Source of the DNA: Phoronis australis
Taxonomy: Eukaryota; Animalia; Phoronida
NCBI GenBank assembly: GCA_002633005.1
Contig: NMRA01000639.1
Location: forward strand, 168,456 to 232,455
Length of the DNA: 64,000 bases
Direction: 5' to 3'
Shown: piece by piece, positions 1 to 10,000 of the stretch
How the letters are laid out: each line of letters begins with the position of its first letter
Numbering within the stretch: the first letter of the stretch is position 1
Program-made: the position numbers and the translations under genes
Notes under the pieces: model-generated
What the model was told of the DNA's origin: nothing
What the model saw: the letters and a program-made list of their open reading frames with translations, nothing else
The model's database searches: none

Positions 1-1098
1 ATCGAAAAAATACTAATCAGCTGTCACCTGGAAAACGTAAAATAATAGCCACTAATTTGGCGTTTCTGGTTCAATAATTCATGAAATAAAAACCCAACGT
101 CATCGACGTCATTAAATAGAAGGCAGAAATTCTATCCTGCGTTGATCCTGATAACTGCAAATCTCTCTAAGTGCAAACTCTCACAACAAACAAACAGCCA
201 CGAGAAATAGTGGCTTGATATCACCTACAGCACCGAATACATTCATGCTAAGTTGTCCTCACTTCGTAACTCAAATGCCTGACTGGACAGACATTACGGA
301 CTACGTATATAGGGTGCTGGTATGCCGTATTGAAGTGCTGCGAAAACAACTTTCCGTTGTTACCCCCTTACGTCACCATAAATCCATCAGTGCTGTGAAC
401 ACTGCGACCAGTGGTCAGTTGTTCACGTGTGTTGCGTTTTGCACTGCGAGTTTGTTGCGAAAATGGCGAGATCGCTCAAATCTTCGCGATATCTTTGCAC
501 GCATTATAAGTCTACGAGATCCCACTAGCTATTTTCGCGCTTGTGTCGCATATACGAGGTGCATCCTTAATTTATTGTGATCCATGCTGTGGATTAGATG
601 CCTGTTCATCCGGTGTTGTGAACCGGGAATGCGACTCCGCTCAGTTGATCAAGTTATTTTTGGTCCCGTCGCTGGGCATGGATTGTTTGTACACTCTATC
701 ACAGTGCTAAATGCAGTATAGGTGGCGCTGTGTCAGAGGGTAGGATTGTTGTTCCTCCTTGTTGTTGTAACTGTAACAACAATCGCCTCGACACATTCAG
801 TATATTTTATTTCAAAAACAACACTTTGATCTTAACTTGCAAAGTTGCGTGTAACAATTATTAAAACTCCTATCTGGGAAGTTGAAATATTTTAACAAAA
901 ATTTTGTAAAGTGTGCGAATGGGACTTCTACGCTTTTCAAAACTGAGGCTTTGAATTTCTTCTGTTCCTATTATTTTTATTCATTTTTGCAAATCTATAC
1001 ATGCTGCCGCGAGTCTCATTAAAGTGGTGCTACAATAACAGAACCATTTCCTTTTGTTTTCAGAACACCAGTCTACAAAGGTAACGGACGAACCCACG

Positions 1099-1653
1099 AT
1101 GCTGAAGCATGTCTCCGTAGTGTCGCATAAACGGAAGTTGGACTTCGAGGAGTTGCGCATTCCTGACGAGCCACCGCGTAAAATTTCAATGCGCGATAAT
1201 ACTCCGAAACAACGTCGTGACGAAAAGAAACGCATCTTGAGAATGTCGGTGCAAAAACTGAAACGAATGGACGATCCGGAAGTAGCTTTACACCGTGCTG
1301 TGCTTATAAACAATACTGTGAAGAGAATGCAGAGAGAGATCAAAGAAGAGAAAAGGAAACAGCTGTATGGAGAAAGTGTAGAAAATACCACATTTCCTCG
1401 GCGAATCACGCGTGATTGTCAATTCGACAGAGACCTATTGTTTGATAGCCAAAACACACCAACCTTACCTTTACATAGTCCCTGGCTAGAGTACAGCGAC
1501 TACCGCCAGTACGCCGAGCGCCTTGCCGATGATGGATACTCTCTGCCCATTTTCCCAGGACTTCTCGTTGACACGGAGAAAAGTGACTCTTATAAGTCTC
1601 ATTCTATAGACTGCACGTTAAATACATTAATAAGTGCATTTTCAGATTCCTAA
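1099..1653 (+). CDS. SERTA domain-containing protein (SERTAD/TRIP-Br/CDCA4/taranis family), single coding exon, 184 aa
   Basis: The ORF contains ILRMSVQKLKRMDDPEVALHRAVLINNTVKRMQ, a typical SERTA motif, preceded by a basic KRK stretch. First ATG is at 1099. A pyrimidine-rich acceptor (ttttgttttcag) ends at 1063, implying a 5'UTR intron. Confidence 0.88.
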   Translation: MLKHVSVVSHKRKLDFEELRIPDEPPRKISMRDNTPKQRRDEKKRILRMSVQKLKRMDDPEVALHRAVLINNTVKRMQREIKEEKRKQLYGESVENTTFPRRITRDCQFDRDLLFDSQNTPTLPLHSPWLEYSDYRQYAERLADDGYSLPIFPGLLVDTEKSDSYKSHSIDCTLNTLISAFSDS

Positions 1654-4600
1654 CTTAAAATGGACCTATTTATTTAATAACCCTTTACTTCACGAGATCA
1701 CGTGATTTCAGGATAGTCCTGCAAATAAGACTTCCATCCAGCTCATGTCTGACAATTCACTCGTGGAAGACTATTTGAAGCCGTTTGAATAACGCATCAA
1801 ATATAATCTCCAGGTTCGGTGTAATGCAATTTTTTGTAGACCCTTGAGCTCCAAATATCCTCGTGTTGGGCATTGATGTGTGTGTCTATGACACCTCTCG
1901 TGGCCGATTCTGGGGACCATCTCACAAAGGGGCGCTGAAGTCATGCATATTTCACGAGATCATAATTATTTTGTTGATAATCATAAATTGTGTATTTAAT
2001 AAATTATGTTTTGGTATGCACTGACTTTAAACACCAGCAACTGCGCACAGGATGTTCCATTTAGGAGAATTGAAATGTACGCATGCAGCGGCATTTCGGG
2101 GTCAAATTTAAACTAAAATAGAACGACTGCTGGGGAGTAAAGCGATCGTAAAAATATCATCTCGTTTCCGTTTTAGGCGACCAGATATTCCAAGAAAATC
2201 ACAAAATTCACATTCTTTAATAGCCCCTCGTGCAAAAGGGGAACATTTTGAAAATAATTCCCGACAGCATTTTGGAGAACAGTGCACACATCATACAGTA
2301 GTATATGAAAGTTTCCTATGAATCGGATCCGAAGTTAACCAAATTTGGCTATTTTTCTAAAGTCTTACATACCTTTAAACTCCATTTGTCCCCTAAAGCC
2401 ATCAAGACATAAAATCTAGTCCCACAAACGTGCTGAAACAGCGCAAGATTACGTACACCGCTCACAGATGTGAATATCGGGTTATACAGAGTTCAGGTGA
2501 AAAGGATGCTGCAAGGGACTTATACAATATCCGAGGGTTGCTTGGGCAAACGTTAGACAAGGCTAGGTAGTAAAAAAAAACGTCAGTTACCGATATTTCA
2601 CCCCACCGTCCACCATCAAATTTTCCGGAGTACCCCCGAAAAACAAAAATCAGTAAGGAACAGGAAACGTTTTAAATATAACATTTTGTGACAGGACTCA
2701 TTCGAACGCTTTTAAAACAAATTGAAGGAAAAATTTACATTTCTATTATGTAAACGCGTAACATTCTTTTCGTGGTTTAAACTTTGGAAGAACATTTGAG
2801 TAGAAATTGGAAAGGTCCAAAATAAATTCGATTTATTCATCGAAAAAGATAGTTTGGGAAAATGAAATCATTACGTCAAAACTCTTTACAAGGTAAATCT
2901 AATGATTTACTTTTACCTAGCTAATCTGTGCAATGAACAATTAACTCACTCAGCACGAGTGCTAGCGAGAACAATGGCTCCGCGATCTACGCTGATGACA
3001 TTGATTACGTCTGGCGATGTTTAGTGACAAAGTTAATGTCTTTATTCTCGACCTGATGAATTATTCAGTAACAAATGAAGAGACGCCATTGTCTAGTCGC
3101 ATCGGCTGCGGCCTGGTGCAGGCGCGTGCACGTCTTCAAGAGACAAAAGTCACAGTTTGCCGACGTGAAAAAATACACCTGTAGCAAAAACTCGCCGGTG
3201 ACGAGATAAGTGACGTGCGTGTACAGACACTAGTGATTATTACAACAATCTATTTACATTAGTTGTACATCAGTTAATTTTTCTTGATGTGAAGCAGGGA
3301 CACAAAACTGAGACACGATTAGGCAAAAAGCATTAGATTGTTGCGTCTGGTCTCTACACCGACCCATTTGAGACTCACCGCACCATGATTTCAGCCAAGA
3401 TCTCATTTTTTTTTCTGAAAAACTGCACAAAGGCACGTAAGCAAGGTTTGAAACGACGCGTTTTGCAACGCAAAAAAGTAAAAGATCTTACATAGTTTTT
3501 GCACATTTCAGATGGATTTTCGTTTTTGAGAAAGTGAATAGTGCACAGCCGAATGGATTTTCAAAAAACACCGAATCAATTATGCTTTTTTGTCCTTAAA
3601 AGTTGTGGTCCAAGTCACACAGCGAGGCACTGCGAAAGCCTCAAGCAGATATCTTCAGTTACTTTTGAACGTCTGTATGCTCCCTGGTAGCAGAAATTAC
3701 ACGGATTTGTCATTTGCATCGACTTCTGCGTCCGCAAACAGGCGAGGCCAGAATCCCCGGGCACTATAGTGCACAACGCTAAGCCAGTGAGTCACAAAAT
3801 GTAATAAACAAATCAGTCAATCGAAGGTTTTTGAAAATCTACACATTTTCAAGAATGAGTGATTCCAGATATATGTAGGACACAAAAAGTAACCGAAATC
3901 GGTGTTCGAATCATAAAATTGGTACACTATATAACTGAGTTTACCCACATCAAAATTAAATCGACTTCAGCTACTTGACTGATAAGGAAAATAGTCCGCG
4001 CTCCATTATCTTCACCCGATTAAACGTGTGCTATAAGCAACACAAAAGATATGGAAATGAGCTATCTGGACTCGCTGAATAATGAGTCCATCCAAGCGGG
4101 TATATAATTCAATACAAAATTGCAAACCATTCTTCGAAATTTTCCGGTACGAACGAGGCTAGGACTTAGCAGACATACCAAATACGGGCATTCGCATGTC
4201 AAATACGCGATTCGCACGGAAAATTTAAGTGGCTTGTCAAACAGTTAGGGAGTGGGCGGTTACGAAAGCGGAGGTTAGAATACGCCACCAGAGTGGAAAG
4301 AGGGTATTGACACGAGAAGCAAATTAGACGATTTTACAGCAAAAATTGTCTACCAGGGGAAAAATGGGTATCGATTTACTTCGTTTTCGTACCTCTACAC
4401 GTCACATAAGAATAGAAAGATTCCGATTTTCCATCTAAAGCTTACTCTACCTGTGAGAATGTACATTGTCAAACTGAGAGCACCAAGACAGGTTAAGATT
4501 TTGTTGGGCACCAAGAGACGGCTGGAATACTACAGGGTTAGACAGCATTCCAGATTTGTAGAGTCTTGTGACCATTCGGGGAGAGGAAAGTTCCAGAAAT

Positions 4601-5198
4601 TTCACAAACTGAACATAACTTTGTCATGAGATTACGTAAGGAAATCACGGAGTGGTGAATGTTCGCAATTTTGGATCTGACAGTAGAATCATTTTGAACC
4701 TCAGGGTATGTGACCAAAAGGTGAATACGGCTTGATGGAGTGAGGGTCATTGAAATGAAGATCTTTCTGTATTGCATTCTGTTTAATTACCCCTCAGTTT
4801 TCAACTATGTAATATTTAATTGAAGCAACACTTATCTTCAGTAATTCTAATGAAAATTGATACAAGATAAATTCTCACAAGTCATTTAAATATTGCTTCA
4901 ATAGACATTCATAAAGAGGTCCTCCTATGAATCTTAAATAATTCAAGCTGGTCTCCAGGAGGGACTAAAACATTCACTCAATAAACAATTGAAGTACTGA
5001 AAAGACTTAATCAAGCGCAAACCTTGTCTAATGTGAATGATGATGGTAATGTCGATGATGTTAGTGATTAAAGGTTACAGACTAGGTGGTATTCCACAAA
5101 GAAAATTGCAACACTGCATTTTCCGTATTTTAAACTTTCCAATCCATTCATTAATTTAAAACAATTATTTAGATTTTTAGTAAAACCATTGACTAAGG

Positions 5199-6485
5199 TC
5201 AAATAGTTGACTTCTCATCACTGTCATCAAAGTTCATGTGACTTTTTAACCTCATTTTAATGGAAGACGGCAAACACAAAGAGTCAGCGCCATCTGATGA
5301 GCCAAGGAGACATGAAATGCGATGTACACAGCTATCTTGTAAAGAGTGTACTTTAAGTGGATGGGTCATTTCCATGTCAATGACCTCCCTATAAAACATT
5401 GCTCTCCATTCTCTGTAGTTAAGATACAGGGCATCGATGGACTTGGGTGAGAATACAAACGAGGGTTGGGGTGTGCGTGTACCAGTACAGTTCCACATGT
5501 TCACGTAAGGATGGTTCAGAGCTTCTTCCACACTATATCGTTCACTGGCGTCAAGAACAAGCAAGCGCGACAGTAAATCCATTCCGCTATCTTCATTCCA
5601 CGCGTCTGGATAATTGATGTCAGGAGATGGAAAGCAGTCCTCTGGAAAATTATCCTTGAGCACTCCGAATTCGTCATCATCAAAAGAATCAAATACTTCC
5701 TTGAACTTCAGTGTTCGACTAAACTTTTTCACGAATGTCTCACCAGGCTTTTCGCAGATATCAAGCATTTGAGCAAACAGTACTGTTTGGTCTGTATTAA
5801 TTGAGAATAAATTTGTTCTCAAGAGAAGCTCGCCAAAAAGACAGCCAACAGTCCAACTGTCAGTTTTGGGATCAAAACAGTAATTACTAAGCAGACACTC
5901 GGGAGAATTGTAGGCCGATACTTGTGGTATCAGAGGGTTGGCTATCAGTTTGAGGGAGACATCGTTGTCATAGCTCTGTACAAAATCCATCAGCACATTC
6001 CCACTGTTGAGCGTTCTTAGCACAATGCCATTGGCATGCAAGAATGACAATGCTGTCAGAATTTGATGCACAATTTGCGACAGCATACGGTGGGACGAAG
6101 CCATGTGCATACTGATGGAGATATACTGCAGGCAGCTGTCCATAGACTCGCAGATCAAATAAAAGCTGGCAAACTGTGTAAAGCTCTCCTCAACTGTGTA
6201 ACAATAGAGAAGACGTGCGATATTTGGATGGTTCAAATGTTTACGCAACTGCATAAGTTTCCATGTCTGTTTCAACCAACGCACATCCTTAGCAATGGTG
6301 TATCGGTGGATAGCGACCTTCCGTCCACTCGTGGTGTCTATGGCGGACACGCCCACAACGCCATAGTCCAGACTGATAACATGCAGCTTCTTGTATCGCA
6401 ACGGCACAGAAAAGGGGATACGCCTATCTACGCTAGAGCTGTACCCAGTCAGGAAGGTCGTATACAAAGTACCACTCTTCTCCAT
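5199..6485 (-). CDS. Intronless JNK-like (MAPK family) pseudokinase, 428 aa
   Basis: Collinear with JNK: RYKKLHVI..., HLNHPNIARLL, ESMDSCLQ, DSWTVGCLFGE, DLLSRLLVLDASERYSVEEALNHPYVNMW (JNK: [29 protein letters not shown]), WRAMFYREVIDME. Catalytic motifs are replaced: VAIK>VAIH, HRD>LRT, DFG>ANP, with no TxY. ATG at 6485; CAG acceptor at 6492-6490. Confidence 0.85.
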   Translation of the reverse strand: MEKSGTLYTTFLTGYSSSVDRRIPFSVPLRYKKLHVISLDYGVVGVSAIDTTSGRKVAIHRYTIAKDVRWLKQTWKLMQLRKHLNHPNIARLLYCYTVEESFTQFASFYLICESMDSCLQYISISMHMASSHRMLSQIVHQILTALSFLHANGIVLRTLNSGNVLMDFVQSYDNDVSLKLIANPLIPQVSAYNSPECLLSNYCFDPKTDSWTVGCLFGELLLRTNLFSINTDQTVLFAQMLDICEKPGETFVKKFSRTLKFKEVFDSFDDDEFGVLKDNFPEDCFPSPDINYPDAWNEDSGMDLLSRLLVLDASERYSVEEALNHPYVNMWNCTGTRTPQPSFVFSPKSIDALYLNYREWRAMFYREVIDMEMTHPLKVHSLQDSCVHRISCLLGSSDGADSLCLPSSIKMRLKSHMNFDDSDEKSTI

Positions 6486-7060
6486 TTTTCTGGAAAATTT
6501 CAAAATGTAGGATTATGAAAAGGGCAAGTAGCCCCACTTTGACAATAGGTGGCGGGCCATGCAGGTCATGAATAACCTTTGGTAAATCAATAAATACGAT
6601 ACCAATTAGTTGAACCATCACCAATAAAATTTGTGCGTTTTCTTAGTACTAGAATATTAGCTTATCTTTTTATAGCTATTGTGAAATTCATACAGTAAAA
6701 TTAGAACTGCATGTAGTAATTGATATGTGTGTCCTTTATATAAACTGTTCGATCTTTTATTACCAAATAAAAACTCTGTAAAAGGTATAATAATATTTCT
6801 CAACCATTCGTGTTTTAACAAACTATGGTAACTCTCCACTTAACTAACATTATCATCTTTCTATTTTTCAAAAGCTGATTACTATACTTCAAATTAAGAA
6901 AAAATTATCAAACGTTGTTTTACTCAATACAAACTATACTAGCAATAGTCAGACTAAAATCTTCTTACTTCTTGTTTTTATGGAGACATTTGACAAAACA
7001 GAATTTCACTTGTTGGCCATTTTATATGCTAAACAAAATAAAAAATGTAATGTACCTTGA

Positions 7061-10000
7061 CTATTTCTTGGGATTTTGATCAGCGCTCCAAACTAATTGA
7101 TCGAACTTCTTTACGTGATCATATCCAGTCCTGTTAGCCAACCAGTAATACCCTGAAACATTAAAATAACTGTTTTTATTTTTATTTCAGCAATTCGCAA
7201 TAGCTTTGTGACTTAATTATAGCTGACAATGTTGTGTATTTAAGACCAGCCTCATGATGGATTCGAATTTTCGACCTCGGCGGACTATCGTAGTCTTGTC
7301 ATTTTGTTGGTAGCGCCGAAAGCCAATGCGTCAAGTATCTGAACATTTAACAGATAAAGTCATCACTTCAGTTTCAGTTAAATACACCAAATGACTGCAA
7401 GCCGGTATCGGGAATCCGCGATTTCTAATAACAACACAAAAACAGAATTTTGCTGTTTTACAGCTCTGGTCAAATCGAAGTCTATAGAACCAAACAATAA
7501 TAAAATCTCAAAAAACATTTTTCATCCCAAAACCACAAGTGTCCCTTAAGTTATCATGATCTTATAAAAATTTGTTGAAAGTGAAATAAGAAATTTAACA
7601 AATGAATTGAAAACTCACGCCGACAAGCATTCAACCATAACTTTTTATTCATTATAAACAGGGCTCGATTTGGTGACCCGCAAGTCGCCAATGCGACCTC
7701 ACACCTCAGATTTTGTTTGGCATCCTAGTAAAAATCCCAGGTGGCTAAGAAGCCATCGTGCTACATCTGAGCATGTATTCTAAATACTAAAGGAAGTGAA
7801 CAGATGGAAATCGGAATCGTTCGGAAAAAATGTGAGGACCCGATCGCTTCGGAATCCTCAGGTTGCAAGAGGCGAGCCTGTGCATGGAACATTGTGCCTG
7901 AGAGGAAGACATAGGTCGTTAACGAGCATACAAGACACTCTGAATATTCCATTTAAGTAAAAACAAAAAAAAAAACGCCAGATGATTTTGGGTACACCGG
8001 CGACATCTGCTGAGTTCACCAGTTCACTACTTTATCGTGTCAGTAACAATCACCAAGCTAATTCAGTCAGTATAAACTGTAAAGAGCCTGTAAAGGAACA
8101 TTAAAGAGTCATTGGCCATTCAGGACCAGCACGCTTCTGGTGCTCTGAATAACATGCAGAGCTCAGTGACCCTACAGCTATGGTGACGACCTATTTACTA
8201 TTTCCTGTCATTGTTGCTACACTCATTTCACTTCATGGATGTAACTTGACTCGTATGTCGACACTTGATGTCTTATTGCTTATAACCTGATGATGTCTAA
8301 TGAATACACGGAATGTCGAATCAATATGAACTTTTTCATTTGTGTTGCGATTGTCTGTTTTTTGATCCTATTATGGCCAAAAACTGATGTCATAAACAAC
8401 TTATTTATTTCGTTTTCAGCTCCTGCCACCGAGATTTGGCGACCTCAGTTTTGGTTTGGCGACCTGGGAATTTTAACAGGTTGCATTTGGTGAGATGACA
8501 TTAAGATAAGCGCTAAGCCCAGATAAAGCATTTTTACCTTCTAAAACTTTTGGATGGTGGTGATGAAGGTATTTTCTGTGTTCTATAATAAAATAAAATA
8601 AAATAAAAATACCTCATAAACAAATCATCACAAGCAATAAAATTATCATGCTCAATATGTACATCAGTAAGGAAACAACAAAGAGATATAAATGCAAAAA
8701 TAACATAATTAAATGAAACTGAATACATGGGTCATTTCCATGAGAACTCAACAAGAGGGTGTACATACACCCAAACAAAACAACGAGGGTGTGCATCTTC
8801 ACTTAGGGTGAAAGTGTTTTTGATAGTTCACCTTGGGTTATTAAGAACACATCAAAAATTAGTTATCAGTTCTTCACTAGTTTGAAATATTGGCATGTAA
8901 AAATGGAGGGTCGTGCCTTTCCCTCCATGAATGTGATGGTAATTTTTGATTTTGACAATTTCACGTCTTCAATATTACTTAAAGCTGCATTCCCCTCATT
9001 TAGTTGAGATAAAATCAATCCCATAATATTCCATTATGATACAATTCCATTTACGTTACCAGTAAGAACTTCTAGAGCGTCAATAAAGCAACCCGAGAAA
9101 CCATAATGACTCAAGAAAATGCTTCATGGTTCGTTGGCCGACCCTGAATCGAAAATGGTGCATTTCCTAGGATCACATTGGCAACAGAAATGGAATCCTA
9201 TCACGGTGAGGGATTATACGAGATAGATTGTATGGGAGTACAAGACCTGGTTCCATTTTTGTTTTTTAGCCAGCTAAATGGGACAAAATGCACCATTAAT
9301 TCATCACACTAAAACTTTTAATATTAGGTAAGTGGATATTATTTTTTTCAATTGCGACATCAGAATCATCTTATCTCACAGCATGTACAAATACAGTGAC
9401 TTCAAGATTATTTAATCACCAGATATATAACTTCCTTTTCTGTATGTTACACTGTGAGCTACATGAAGCATGGCTCCAAAAAGAGCTTCTACTGGGCAAA
9501 ACAGGCTATGAGTGGGCAATTATCAAACCAACGTGATTTTATTCACACATTTGTGCATGTCTTACAAGGACAAAGTAAAATCTAGTTGTTTTGGATCTGC
9601 TTCAAAGAAAAGTTTAACTTTCATTATAAGGCAATTTGCCAAAAACATGATTTGTGCAGTTACATTGTGTTATTGTTTCTACTAACGCTATGTACTGCCA
9701 CTTGATTCATGCCCGATGACAACAAATACCTTTCATTCTGTTGCATTTCAAGTCTATATCATAGCTGTATCAAGGATAGTTCTTCAACTCTTAGGAGCGC
9801 CACCTATTGGCTGAAGCCTAAACCTGCACAACTGCACCATTAGGGTATGATTCAACAGGATACTAGGACTTTCTTTTAAATACTTTGCATTAATGAGGCT
9901 AGTCTGGTCAATGCTTGCCAGGCTCTTTTGAAGTACATTTGACTTTCGCTAGTTGGAACTGGCTGCGGACAACAGGTGGCACTGATAAACATTAGTCAGT

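Noticed and set aside
6063-6518. 151-aa plus-strand ORF (also 981-1409, 33613-34029, 35090-35920, 53422-53640 and 56838-57071)
   Set aside because: These are antisense shadows of real coding exons.
8538-8582. In-frame CEBPZOS-kinase fusion by skipping exon 3
   Set aside because: CEBPZOS exons 1 and 2 end in phase 1, while the kinase acceptor at 6489 needs phase 2, so skipping would be out of frame.
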